DNA of 64,000 nucleotides, taken from an uncultured Bacteroidota bacterium (GTDB lineage Bacteria > Bacteroidota > Bacteroidia > Bacteroidales > VadinHA17). Location: the NCBI GenBank assembly GCA_903824785.1, contig CAIJYD010000111.1, forward strand, positions 71,059 to 135,058. Reading direction: 5' to 3'. A program made the position numbers and the translations under genes. The number at the start of each line of letters is the position of its first letter. Positions within the stretch are counted from its first letter, which is position 1. Positions 10,616-20,520 of the stretch are shown here, piece after piece. Under the pieces are notes generated by a model. The model was given only the letters and a program-made list of their open reading frames with translations, had not been told where the DNA came from and searched no databases.

Positions 10616-12327
10616 TAGTTTGTATATTTTTTCCTTCTTAGAAAATTATATAGTAATCCCAAAAGAATAACAATCAGTATTGGTCCGGCAATATTAATCA
10701 ACTGCCATTTGAATTTTTCAGCTTTTACCTTTCCAGTATCAAGAAGCCGCAGTTTAAGTTCCCTCGATCGCAATTCCATTAAACCGTTATCATCCACAAG
10801 GTAGTTAAGGCAATTGATCAGAAAATCCCTGTTCCCATACATCTCGCCGGTATATTTATCAATTCCCAGAGGATAAGGTGCCTCCCTGTTTCCTTCCCGG
10901 CTTACTTCATTCCTGATAATATCACCATCTGCAACAACGATCATCTTTGTTTTCCTGCTTTCAGTTCTGATCTTCAGATTCTTATCATTGGTCAGATTAC
11001 TTACCATTCTGTTTATGAATACTGAAGGAAAAGTACCTTCCAGCAAAACCGCCACAGGAAGCCCCGGTTTGTTGAATTTTTTTTCGTCCGGAGCTGACTC
11101 TGCCTCTTTCAGGCTTATCACTACAGGAGGAGAAAGAGTACGGCTGAAATATGAAGTGGAGAGAAGAACCGTTTTTCGTATTGCCCCATCGAGACCAACA
11201 GTATCGATATAGTTTGTGAATTCACCTTTTACCCTGTTAAGGTTTCTTGTTATAGGATGACCGGGTGCCGGAATAAGTAATGGATAATAGACCCATGGCG
11301 CAGGGATAATCTGCTGACGGGTTCCACCGCTCATAACTTTCAATCTGATGCGCATGCACTCAATATCCTGGACGATTTCCGGGTTCACTCTTGCGCCGTA
11401 CCTGAACAGTTGATCCTCAATATTTAACGACCGGTATATTCCTACTGTTTCTCCGTTAACAAGACTATCTGAATTCACTTTTACCTCTTCAAATAACCAC
11501 AAAACCTTGCCCCCATTCATAATATACTGATCAAGAACCAGTTTATCCGATTCACTGAATTCTTTTTCGGGACCGGCAATAATAACAGCTGCATATTTGT
11601 CAAGGATCCCGGTTTTACCCCCGATAATTCCTCTGTCGACAGTAAAAAATTTTGCGAGATTAATTGTTATATCTGCCGTTTCAATCTCCGGAATTTCTTC
11701 GTGCCCTTCAATGAAAGCAACCTTGTAAATCGTATCCGAAGATAGGGTGGCAATAGTCTGAATCATTTCATATTCAAGCCCTTCAACTGAATGAAGAATA
11801 TTTTGCTCATAAGGAATTGACTGATTATTCGCCAGAAAGTTAAGAGGCACCTCTGTTCCGTTGTAGTTTACGATCATTCCCGGAAAAATTCGCTTTACGG
11901 TAGAGCCTCCTTCGGCATCAGAGGCTCTGATATCAACCGGAACCAGCCCTTTCTTAACAAGAGCCTGAAATTGAGTTTCGCGCTGTCCGGCATCCTTACC
12001 TTCAGAAGGATTGATAAATTCATAATCAATTTTCCGCCCGGAGGCTATTCTGAATTCATCAAGCATATCTGTCACAGACCTTTTCAGCCTTTTAAGTGGA
12101 ATGGGAATATCCCCGTCGAGATAAACCTGAATATAAATATCATTCTTAATGGCGGATAGGACTTTGCGTGTCGGGACTGAAAGAGTATATCTTTTATCTT
12201 CAGTAAGGTCGAGTCTGACCCTTAACAATGAGCTAACAGAAGCCAGAAGGATGATACCCGCAGCTACATAAATGAACTGAAGCCATCCCCGGAGTTTAAG
12301 TCTTTTATTTTCTTCTGAAACTGCCAT
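10612..12327 (-). CDS. gldG: Gliding-motility-associated ABC transporter substrate-binding protein GldG
   Basis: 571 aa with N- and C-terminal TM anchors and a large periplasmic domain. It lies immediately downstream of gldF. Confidence 0.8.
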   Translation of the reverse strand: MAVSEENKRLKLRGWLQFIYVAAGIILLASVSSLLRVRLDLTEDKRYTLSVPTRKVLSAIKNDIYIQVYLDGDIPIPLKRLKRSVTDMLDEFRIASGRKIDYEFINPSEGKDAGQRETQFQALVKKGLVPVDIRASDAEGGSTVKRIFPGMIVNYNGTEVPLNFLANNQSIPYEQNILHSVEGLEYEMIQTIATLSSDTIYKVAFIEGHEEIPEIETADITINLAKFFTVDRGIIGGKTGILDKYAAVIIAGPEKEFSESDKLVLDQYIMNGGKVLWLFEEVKVNSDSLVNGETVGIYRSLNIEDQLFRYGARVNPEIVQDIECMRIRLKVMSGGTRQQIIPAPWVYYPLLIPAPGHPITRNLNRVKGEFTNYIDTVGLDGAIRKTVLLSTSYFSRTLSPPVVISLKEAESAPDEKKFNKPGLPVAVLLEGTFPSVFINRMVSNLTNDKNLKIRTESRKTKMIVVADGDIIRNEVSREGNREAPYPLGIDKYTGEMYGNRDFLINCLNYLVDDNGLMELRSRELKLRLLDTGKVKAEKFKWQLINIAGPILIVILLGLLYNFLRRKKYTNY

Positions 12328-12330
12328 CCC

Positions 12331-13074
12331 TTATTTTTTATTCTTCCACTTGCGCGATACCAGATGAAACCTTGTTACCTCATTCAGGAAAGCCACCACC
12401 CCTACAAAATAGACGACATCCCTGATATCAATAACCCCTCTGCTGATAGATTTATAATGTTCATTTATTCCCAGCCTGATAACAAATTCATCAAGGTTTT
12501 TCAATCCGGGCAGATATGCAAATGAATCGAATCCAATAAACAGAATAAGAGAGATAAAAACAGCAATTACAAATGCAATTACCTGATTATCTGTAAGAGA
12601 CGATGCAAATATTCCTGCTGAAGCATAAACTGAAGCGAGGAAAAACAATCCAATAAAAGCACCCAGGGTACCGCCTTTATCAATATTCCCCGGCGATTCT
12701 CCGAGCAGGTAAACAGAAAAATAGTAGATAAGGCAGGGCAGCAGGGCAAGAAGAACAAGTGATACGGAAGCAAGAAATTTACCATAGATAATTTCTCTTT
12801 CGGTAATTGGTCTTGAATAGATGAGTTCTATGGTCCCCAGCCTTTTCTCTTCCGCAATCATCCTCATGGTAACGGCAGGCACCAGAAAGAGAAATACCCA
12901 TGGAGAGAGGAAAAAGAGAGTATCAAGACCGGCATAACCGCTGTCAAAAACATTCCATTCACCTGGAAAAACCCACATAAACAGAGAGTTAACCATCAGG
13001 AAAACAATAATAACTATATAACCTGTAAGGCTGCTGAAAAATCCGCTTATCTCTTTCCTGAAAATTGCAAACAT
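12331..13074 (-). CDS. gldF: Gliding-motility-associated ABC transporter permease GldF
   Basis: MFAIFRKEISGFFSSLTGYIVIIVFL...SPWVFLFLVPAVTMRMIAEEKRLGTIEL matches the ABC-2 permease GldF N-terminal pattern. Six TM segments. Confidence 0.85.
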   Translation of the reverse strand: MFAIFRKEISGFFSSLTGYIVIIVFLMVNSLFMWVFPGEWNVFDSGYAGLDTLFFLSPWVFLFLVPAVTMRMIAEEKRLGTIELIYSRPITEREIIYGKFLASVSLVLLALLPCLIYYFSVYLLGESPGNIDKGGTLGAFIGLFFLASVYASAGIFASSLTDNQVIAFVIAVFISLILFIGFDSFAYLPGLKNLDEFVIRLGINEHYKSISRGVIDIRDVVYFVGVVAFLNEVTRFHLVSRKWKNKK

Positions 13075-13172
13075 AAACCTTTTACGATCTGAAATATTTA
13101 TCTCAACAATTGATCTCTTCTTACAACATTTTCTTCTTAAACTTTACTTTAACCAACCTCCCTGAAGTCCTT

Positions 13173-14366
13173 CTAATAATCTGCCACCTTAAGACCCGCA
13201 AGCGGAGGAATAAGCGGTAAAGTTCTGGTTAAAACAACAGCACTCTTAATATCTGAAATAATTACACCCGGATAATAAAAATCAATGATCTTCTGATAAC
13301 TGAATCCCTTTGTTGCCATAATCATTGCACCCTCCTGGCATAATCCGACACCATGACCATACCCGCGTCCTTTGAGGATAATAGTATCTCCGGCCTGAAC
13401 TACTGAAAAATAGGTTGACCGAAGGTTCATATCGGTTCTTATCGTTCTCAGCGGTACCGAAAAGGAGCCTACTCTGTAATCGGTAACACGCGAATCCTGA
13501 AAAACGCTGAAAGAGAGAGAATCGCTGCTTCCCTTGAATCCTGATTTCCGCAGATAACCAATCCACTCTTTCAGAGTTATTTTTTTCTCCCATCTGGAGC
13601 TGTGCGAAGAGAGGCAATAGGGATCAAACACATTTTTCAGATATTGCTGACTGGTCAGCCAGACATCTTCAGATGAGGCTGTTTCTCCGCCGCAATTAGA
13701 ATGAAAAGCTGATATTATCAAAGTGCTATCCTTGTCAAGAATAACGAGCCCCTTTGTTTCCAATGCTGCCCTGTCAATGATTGTATCGGATGACAAGCCG
13801 TTAAAAGCCTGACAATGTGTATCATCGCATAAATTATATCGATCGCTGATATGTTTACGGAAATATTTGTACATGTAAGTTCTGGCTATAACAGCCTGAG
13901 TCTTAAAATATTCCTCATTTCTGCCGCTTCCGCCTTCAGCTCTTACAACGCCTGCAACATATTGTTCGACATCGCAGGTATTTATCATTACAATTGTTTC
14001 CAGATCGGGGAAACATTGAAAATCGCCGGAATAATATTTCCTGAGAGGAACTTTTCCATTAATCCTGAGTGAGAATGAATCATCCCCTGTTTTTCCGGTA
14101 AAAGTGACAGAATCACAGACGACTCCTTTAGAGTTTCTTGTTTTGAGGGCCAGTTTGCCTGAGTATCTGGTAATGAGCACAGGTTCACCTTTCAACACAA
14201 TCAGAGGTTTACCCCCTCCGGTTTTTATTTCGTATTTTCCTGAAGAGACTGAAAACAGGGCTGACTCAGGAAGCCTGTCAGCGAAAATCCGCACTCTCAC
14301 CTGCCCGTATCCGGAAGATGGAAAAAGAATTGTCAGGAAAAAAAGTAATATCAGGTTCCGAATCAT
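13173..14366 (-). CDS. SpoIID/LytB domain protein
   Basis: Signal peptide. VEQYVAGVVRAEGG, QAVIARTY, C.DTHCQAF and FHSNCGG are hallmark SpoIID blocks. Confidence 0.85.
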   Translation of the reverse strand: MIRNLILLFFLTILFPSSGYGQVRVRIFADRLPESALFSVSSGKYEIKTGGGKPLIVLKGEPVLITRYSGKLALKTRNSKGVVCDSVTFTGKTGDDSFSLRINGKVPLRKYYSGDFQCFPDLETIVMINTCDVEQYVAGVVRAEGGSGRNEEYFKTQAVIARTYMYKYFRKHISDRYNLCDDTHCQAFNGLSSDTIIDRAALETKGLVILDKDSTLIISAFHSNCGGETASSEDVWLTSQQYLKNVFDPYCLSSHSSRWEKKITLKEWIGYLRKSGFKGSSDSLSFSVFQDSRVTDYRVGSFSVPLRTIRTDMNLRSTYFSVVQAGDTIILKGRGYGHGVGLCQEGAMIMATKGFSYQKIIDFYYPGVIISDIKSAVVLTRTLPLIPPLAGLKVADY

Positions 14367-14434
14367 ATCAATATTTTAATTCTGCGTGGAGCCGTTATAT
14401 CTGCCGGAAAATATTTTCAACAGGCAGTATCGGT

Positions 14435-15568
14435 TTACGTAGGTTTATTCAACTCTCTGAACATCTCATTTGCAATTCTGAACGAGGCTCCTGAAGGGCC
14501 AAGTATATCTTTCAGAATCTTATAATCAGACAATATCTTTTCACGTTTAACTCCCCCGGGAAGAATAGATTTCAGTTCAGCCAAAAGATCCTTTTTATTT
14601 AGATTATGCTGAATAAGTTCTCTGATAACCTCAGAAGACATTATCAGATTTACCAGCGAGATATATTTTACTTTAATTACTATCCGTGCTATGATTACTG
14701 ACAAGAAATCGCCTTTGTAGCAGACAACCTGAGGAGTATCCATGAGGGCAGCCTCAAGAGTAGCCGTTCCTGAAGTGACGAGAGCTGCCTCAGCCGAAAA
14801 GAGTATTTCATAAGTCCGTTCCTTGATTAGTTTAACAGGTACGGTTCCAATAATCTGATTATAAATCTCGTCTGAAATATTTTTAACTCCGGCAAGAACA
14901 AACTGATAATCAGGAAAATGGCTGACCACTTTCAACATTTCAGGAAGGACGAGCTCAATTTCATGTCTGCGGCTTCCGGCAAGCAATGCAATTACCGGCT
15001 TTTCTTCAATACAGAGATATTTACAAATTTCACTTCTGGGCGGAAATGAGGAGATCCGAATTTCTGTCTCATCAACAAGCGGATTGCCATTATATTCAAC
15101 AGTAATATTGTGTTTTTTATAGAACTCGACCTCAAAAGGGAAAATGATAAACATCCTGTCGATATATTTTCTGATCTTCTCCACCCTTCCTTCATTCCAC
15201 GCCCACAGTTTCGGTGAGATATAATAGAAGGTTTTGTATCCTTGGCTTTTTGAGAAGCTGGCAATGCGCAGGTTAAAACCCGGGTAATCGATAAATATTA
15301 CAACATCGGGCCTGTATTTAGTTATCTGTTGTTTGCAAAGATTAAGGTTTTTTGAGATAGCGCCCAGGTTTTTCAATACCGCCACGAATCCCATGAAAGC
15401 AAGTTTTCTGTAATGCACCAGTAGAGTTGCCCCTGCTGATTCCATTAAATCGCCGCCCCAGCAGAATATTTCTGCATTTTTGTCTGCTGAAATCAGGCCT
15501 CTCACCAGATTTGATCCATGAAGGTCGCCCGACTGTTCTCCTGCAATTATGAAATACCTCATCCCCAA
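14435..15568 (-). CDS. lpxB: Lipid-A-disaccharide synthase
   Basis: MRYFIIAGEQSGDLHGSNL, VIFIDYPGFNLR and TSGTATLEAAL are LpxB signatures. Confidence 0.92.
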   Translation of the reverse strand: MGMRYFIIAGEQSGDLHGSNLVRGLISADKNAEIFCWGGDLMESAGATLLVHYRKLAFMGFVAVLKNLGAISKNLNLCKQQITKYRPDVVIFIDYPGFNLRIASFSKSQGYKTFYYISPKLWAWNEGRVEKIRKYIDRMFIIFPFEVEFYKKHNITVEYNGNPLVDETEIRISSFPPRSEICKYLCIEEKPVIALLAGSRRHEIELVLPEMLKVVSHFPDYQFVLAGVKNISDEIYNQIIGTVPVKLIKERTYEILFSAEAALVTSGTATLEAALMDTPQVVCYKGDFLSVIIARIVIKVKYISLVNLIMSSEVIRELIQHNLNKKDLLAELKSILPGGVKREKILSDYKILKDILGPSGASFRIANEMFRELNKPT

Positions 15569-15858
15569 AACTTTACTCCAAAAACAATTACCGCCCAGAT
15601 GATTGTAACAGCCAGCACACCACGTGCAGCACGAAGCATATCGAGCCGGTTGAATATCAGAAAGATAATGATATTAGGGAACACGCACAGAGTGATTGAA
15701 TGAGTAATGATACCCGACTCTGCAATTCTGATCAGATATGAATGAACTGAAGAATGGTCTGAGGTCGACAGGAATATAACCAATGCCACAATAAGTGGTA
15801 ATACCACTCCCGAAATCAGTCCTGTTATGACTTTATCATATTTTTCAGGAAGCGTCAT
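15559..15858 (-). CDS. Small integral membrane protein, function unknown
   Basis: 99 aa with three predicted TM helices. Overlaps the surE stop by 4 nt and the lpxB start by 10 nt, which suggests operon coupling. Confidence 0.5.
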   Translation of the reverse strand: MTLPEKYDKVITGLISGVVLPLIVALVIFLSTSDHSSVHSYLIRIAESGIITHSITLCVFPNIIIFLIFNRLDMLRAARGVLAVTIIWAVIVFGVKFWG

Positions 15859-16658
15859 TTTTTGAAACTTTTTCTTAATTTGTCAATATATGAATGAGCG
15901 GTCATATCAACAGTAACGGGAACAACCGACACAAAATTGTTTGTCAGAGCCCATTCATCTGTATCAGTGGATTCCGGTTCATGATTAATAAAAACACCTG
16001 TAAGCCAGTAATATGTTTTGCCCATAGGGTCCTTTCTCTTTTCAAACTCTTCTTTCCAGTTTCCGCGGGCCTGCCGGCATATTTTTATCCCTTTTATCTC
16101 ATCCTTACGGGCTGAAGGGATATTTACATTCAGGCAAATACCCGAAGGCAGTGGCTCTGAAGCAAGCTTCTTCATTACAATACGGATATATTTTTTACAG
16201 ATTGAGAAATCGGCAGCAGGTGAAAAATTATTAAGAGAAAATCCTACAGAGTTAATTCCATAAAGACACCCCTCAATAGCCGCAGCCATTGTGCCGGAGT
16301 AGAGAACGCTGACGGAAGCATTGGCACCATGGTTTATTCCTGATGCGACCCAGTCAGGGGCCCTTTCTAGAAGCTGATTAATAGCCAGTTTTACGCTATC
16401 TGTAGGGGTTCCGCTGCAGGCGTAAATCCGGTGCCGGTCATTCTCTTCAAGGAGTTTAACACGAATGGGAGTTTTTACTGTCAGGGCTTGCGACATGCCC
16501 GACATACTTTCTACTGTCGATATAAGGACAACCTTTCCAAACTCTTCCATTACCTCAAGGAGAGTCTTTAATCCGGCAGCATATAAACCATCATCATTTG
16601 TTAAAAGAATCAGTTTGTCATCTTTTTCCAGAATCATATTTAGATATTTTGAATACAA
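15855..16658 (-). CDS. surE: 5'/3'-nucleotidase SurE
   Basis: ILLTNDDG, GINHGANAS and VLYSGTMAAA are canonical SurE motifs. Confidence 0.92.
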   Translation of the reverse strand: MYSKYLNMILEKDDKLILLTNDDGLYAAGLKTLLEVMEEFGKVVLISTVESMSGMSQALTVKTPIRVKLLEENDRHRIYACSGTPTDSVKLAINQLLERAPDWVASGINHGANASVSVLYSGTMAAAIEGCLYGINSVGFSLNNFSPAADFSICKKYIRIVMKKLASEPLPSGICLNVNIPSARKDEIKGIKICRQARGNWKEEFEKRKDPMGKTYYWLTGVFINHEPESTDTDEWALTNNFVSVVPVTVDMTAHSYIDKLRKSFKK

Positions 16659-16754
16659 ATATAGGATATTTCGCGTAATAGCGATCAGGTTATTACCGTA
16701 AGAGACACCGGTTGAAAATCTTCAACCCGGCCTGTTTCTGCTATTTATATTATC

Positions 16755-18206
16755 TCAACTGTTACCCGGCAGCGGACGCACGGTAGTATTTCCTCCCTGT
16801 GACATCGAAATGTCAAGCGGACCATTTGTTTTGTAGGTTCCACAGGTAAAGTCAGGTATTCTGATGGAATTTGATCCGTTGGCAACCGACCATTCACTGC
16901 AAGGAATTATGGCACTCCAGGAAGCAGCATCATAGACATCCTGTTCAACGGGCAGGCCATTTCTCAAACAATCTATCAGGCGCCAGTTCATTAAAAAGTC
17001 CATTCCTCCGTGACCTCCCATCTCTTTGGCCAGCTCTCCCATTCGTTTTATAATTTCGGGATTGTATTTTTTTGTCAGTTCAGCCATCTCATCTTCACTA
17101 AACCAATCATCTTTGCCTTGCGAGATCCTGCCCGGTAGCGGATACTTCTGAAAAATCCCCTTTGTGCCGACAATGCTATGAATCCGTGAATAGACCCTCG
17201 GACTGGTAATATCGTATTGCAGCATAATTGTCTTACCATTCTGGGTTCTGATAAGTGAGGAATTCATGTTTCCCCGGTATGATTTTGTGTCGAATTCTTT
17301 GTAGAAAGGATCCTTTTTTGCCAGCTCGGACGCCATCTTTCCCATTGTAAAATCGTTTGATGCCATGGAAGTCAGAAGAAGAAGCCTGTCTCCTCTGTTT
17401 ATATCCATAGCCTGACAAACCGGACCTAGGCCATGTGAAGGATAGAGGTTGGCATTGCGGTGCTGACTTTCTCTGATGCGCCACATGTCGCCACTTTCAG
17501 GAACCGGAAAATTGTTCTGATGGTGCAGATAACCTGCATCAGCATGAATCAGCTCACCAAAATAACCCTGTCTGACCATATTAAGTGTCAGTAATTCAAA
17601 AAAATCGTAACAGCAGTTTTCGAGCATCATGCAATGTTTTTTTGTTTTTTCCGATGTCTCGACTAATTTCCATGCCTCTTCAAGTGTAGATACTGCAGGA
17701 ACTTCTACAGCTACGTGCTTTCCATTTTCCATGGCAAAAGTGGCCATTTGTGCATGGAGAGGCCCTCTGGGCACAGCAATATAGATCAGGTCGATATCGC
17801 TGTTTTTGCACAATTCCCTCCAGATTATTTCGCTGCCTCCATAAGCTTTGGCAGCAGGCAATCCATGTTTGGAAAGTATTTTTTGTGAGTTTTCAACTCT
17901 TACCATCCTTTTATCGCACAATGCTTTTATTTCAACACCGTTAATTGCTGCCAGTGCTTCAACATGGGTTGGGCCGCGATTACCAAGACCAATAAATCCA
18001 ACACGGACTTTTTCGATCTTTGGAGCGGAATAACCGCACATATTAAAATGTTGCTGATGATCCTGCTCAGAAAGCTCCCTGATATGTGCGAAAGGATCTG
18101 ATTTTTTATCCTGCTTTCCTGTATCCCCTTGTGATATTCCCGGAAGCATCATTCCTGTTCCTGTTACACCGGCTATTCTGATAAAATTCCTTCGGTCTGT
18201 TTTCAT
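16755..18206 (-). CDS. Tat-signal Gfo/Idh/MocA protein, GH109-like (NAD-dependent alpha-N-acetylgalactosaminidase family candidate)
   Basis: Twin-arginine motif DRRNFIR. Rossmann motif VRVGFIGLGNRG. MMLENCCY and FGELIHADAGYLH resemble my memory of the Elizabethkingia GH109 enzyme. Confidence 0.7.
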   Translation of the reverse strand: MKTDRRNFIRIAGVTGTGMMLPGISQGDTGKQDKKSDPFAHIRELSEQDHQQHFNMCGYSAPKIEKVRVGFIGLGNRGPTHVEALAAINGVEIKALCDKRMVRVENSQKILSKHGLPAAKAYGGSEIIWRELCKNSDIDLIYIAVPRGPLHAQMATFAMENGKHVAVEVPAVSTLEEAWKLVETSEKTKKHCMMLENCCYDFFELLTLNMVRQGYFGELIHADAGYLHHQNNFPVPESGDMWRIRESQHRNANLYPSHGLGPVCQAMDINRGDRLLLLTSMASNDFTMGKMASELAKKDPFYKEFDTKSYRGNMNSSLIRTQNGKTIMLQYDITSPRVYSRIHSIVGTKGIFQKYPLPGRISQGKDDWFSEDEMAELTKKYNPEIIKRMGELAKEMGGHGGMDFLMNWRLIDCLRNGLPVEQDVYDAASWSAIIPCSEWSVANGSNSIRIPDFTCGTYKTNGPLDISMSQGGNTTVRPLPGNS

Positions 18207-18287
18207 CCTGTAAGAAATTAAATTAATATTTTGATAAAATGTACTTTCTGAAATGAACGATGATAAATAGTTTCAATACGAATTAGC

Positions 18288-19472
18288 TTAATTAAAAACA
18301 CTCTCTTTTAAGAATCCGGGGGTATATCCGTTATCAACAGCCCATTTTACAGATGCCATTACTTTCTCCCTGAAATCAGGCTGGTAATTTACATAATCCT
18401 TATAAAAATATTGTTCATGTATCATTAAATCGATGTAACGGGGATTATAGGTTTTTTTTACATTATCCAGATTTGGTAATATCTGATCAAGAGTTACAGT
18501 ATTGATTACAATGGCAATCCGGGAAAAAATAATTCCCTCTTTATTGTCTTTCCAGATAAAGCGGCTCTTCAGGTGCCTTCTTTGTTCCTCAGTGAGGTAA
18601 TATGAAACAGGAGACAGATTATCATCAACATTAAAATATCCGGCAAGTATTGTATAGCCCTGATCTTTTAAAGCTCTGCAACCTTCAGTGGTCCCTTCTC
18701 CAAAGTGAAGTGTAGTCTCGGGGCCAAGAACCTCCTCTCCTGCAAATCTCCTGATCTGTTCCATGACCAGATTGCAGTCTTTGTATACCTGATCGTAACC
18801 GGCGTTGATATAAGGTCTGCCGGGAAATTCTGCAAGAGAATGAAAACTGAGTGCAAGCCACTCTGAATTTGCTTTCCATTCCGGTTTGAACTTAGCAGTC
18901 ATCTGAGAGAGGTTGAATCCCTCAGTCTCATAAAATAAGTTGAGATGAATTCTGGCACCATAGGTCTCATGTACCTTTTTCAGGAATCCCAGATATGGAT
19001 TATCAAAAATAGATTTATACTTATCTGCATTCAGGTTAATATCTTTCAGGAACAGGATATTGTCGTCGATAGAGAGACGGAACTTATTGGCATAGTTTTT
19101 AAGCCAGAATACTTTAATGTTTTCTTCATACCCTTTTTCCCCCTCAATAAGTTTTATTGTATTCTCGTACTGTTTCAGGCTGATATCATCCTGAAAAACA
19201 TTATCGATGAACTTTGCCTTTATTCCATTCACGTTGATTCTGCTTCCGGCAGGAGCTGAGATTTTTACTTTTATTATCAGGGTTTCGTTATTGACAGTTC
19301 CATCATATTCATTTAGCATATCGCCATCAACAGGAGTAATGAACTTTATCTCACTCTCACTGCTTTCCGGTGTTGTCTGTTTATTAAAAAGTGAAAATCC
19401 GGAAAGGCAAACAGCAACTCCGATTACTATTATCAGTATAAAAAAACTCCTTTTACTGCTATTCCTCATCAT
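18288..19472 (-). CDS. Hypothetical membrane-anchored or lipoprotein, unassigned
   Basis: N-terminal hydrophobic anchor with Cys (GVAVC). Weak CE4-like SIDDN motif only. No confident family. Confidence 0.5.
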   Translation of the reverse strand: MMRNSSKRSFFILIIVIGVAVCLSGFSLFNKQTTPESSESEIKFITPVDGDMLNEYDGTVNNETLIIKVKISAPAGSRINVNGIKAKFIDNVFQDDISLKQYENTIKLIEGEKGYEENIKVFWLKNYANKFRLSIDDNILFLKDINLNADKYKSIFDNPYLGFLKKVHETYGARIHLNLFYETEGFNLSQMTAKFKPEWKANSEWLALSFHSLAEFPGRPYINAGYDQVYKDCNLVMEQIRRFAGEEVLGPETTLHFGEGTTEGCRALKDQGYTILAGYFNVDDNLSPVSYYLTEEQRRHLKSRFIWKDNKEGIIFSRIAIVINTVTLDQILPNLDNVKKTYNPRYIDLMIHEQYFYKDYVNYQPDFREKVMASVKWAVDNGYTPGFLKESVFN

Positions 19473-19493
19473 AAAACTTTTATTTAAATGAAA

Positions 19494-20429
19494 TTATGGT
19501 AAGCTATGTGGGTTTGATACGGTTTTTACCTGGTTAATCCTGTAATCGACCAGTGTAACTATCACTGTAGATACAAGAACGAGGCTGCCACCTGCAATGG
19601 CTGAGCCCGTAACTCTTTCTCCGAGCCAGAGAGCTGCTATCATTAAACCAAAAAACGAAATAAGATAGTTTGATAATGCCACCTGCATTGCATCGAGTGC
19701 TTTTAAAGCTTTAAAGAACAAGATCATTGAGAGAAAATTGTGAAATACCGTCAATAATGACATTCCCATCCATGTCTGTTTTGTAAAAGATGGAATCCTG
19801 GCAAACACATCATGTTCATAATATATTACCAAAGGTGTAAGAAGGATAACCATAAAGATATAGATAAAGAACAGCATCTCCATGGGAGTATATCTCTCTG
19901 AGATTTTTTTACATCCTGTGTTGAAATATGCGTTTGCTGCAACAGAAAAAAAGATCAAAATATTTCCTAAACTATATTTTGATCCGAAATTAAGATTCTT
20001 AAAATCACTTGATGAGCAAAGGATTACACCCACGATGGCCAGTACAAAACTGATCCATCGTATCTTATTCATTGTTTCTTTTAAAAGAAGGAAAGCAAAA
20101 ATCGCAGTAATTACCGGCAGGCAAAGTGAGATTATTGAAGCATTGCTTGCCAGCGAATACTGTGTGCCCCAGGTCATAAGTACCTGTGCAGGAAAAGCAC
20201 CCAGGAAGGCGAGCTGAGCAAAAATTAAGATATCCTTCAGGGATTTACCGCTCTTTGAGAAATCCTTCAAGGCAAACGGAGTAAGGAATATCGTAGCCAA
20301 AAGCATCGGAGCCCAGACAGTAAAATATGGTCCTACCTGATCCTGTGTAAGTTTAATACAGGTAAACTGAAGCGACCACATAAGGTTACATGCAAACAAT
20401 AAAGCCCACGAAATAATTGTTTTTCTCAT
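19494..20429 (-). CDS. DMT superfamily (EamA-like) transporter
   Basis: 311 aa with about 10 TM helices arranged as two EamA-type halves. Confidence 0.75.
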   Translation of the reverse strand: MRKTIISWALLFACNLMWSLQFTCIKLTQDQVGPYFTVWAPMLLATIFLTPFALKDFSKSGKSLKDILIFAQLAFLGAFPAQVLMTWGTQYSLASNASIISLCLPVITAIFAFLLLKETMNKIRWISFVLAIVGVILCSSSDFKNLNFGSKYSLGNILIFFSVAANAYFNTGCKKISERYTPMEMLFFIYIFMVILLTPLVIYYEHDVFARIPSFTKQTWMGMSLLTVFHNFLSMILFFKALKALDAMQVALSNYLISFFGLMIAALWLGERVTGSAIAGGSLVLVSTVIVTLVDYRINQVKTVSNPHSLP

Positions 20430-20520
20430 ACTCTTTTAGCCGGAACCATTATTTGTCAAATGCGCTTTGTTTTCCTTTTTCTGACATAGACACCCTCTGT
20501 TTCAGATGTTTATGCACAGA

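Noticed and set aside
10119-10670. Long antisense ORFs: 183 aa here, plus 23092..23571 (+), 50700..51068 (-), 59865..60290 (-), 52952..53281 (-) and 13282..13617 (-)
   Set aside because: Each lies entirely within a well-supported gene on the opposite strand or in another frame and has low-complexity or atypical composition. They are shadow ORFs.
12331-13074. Absence of gldA next to gldF-gldG
   Set aside because: In the gliding Bacteroidota I know of, gldA is commonly encoded away from gldF-gldG, so this is ordinary.
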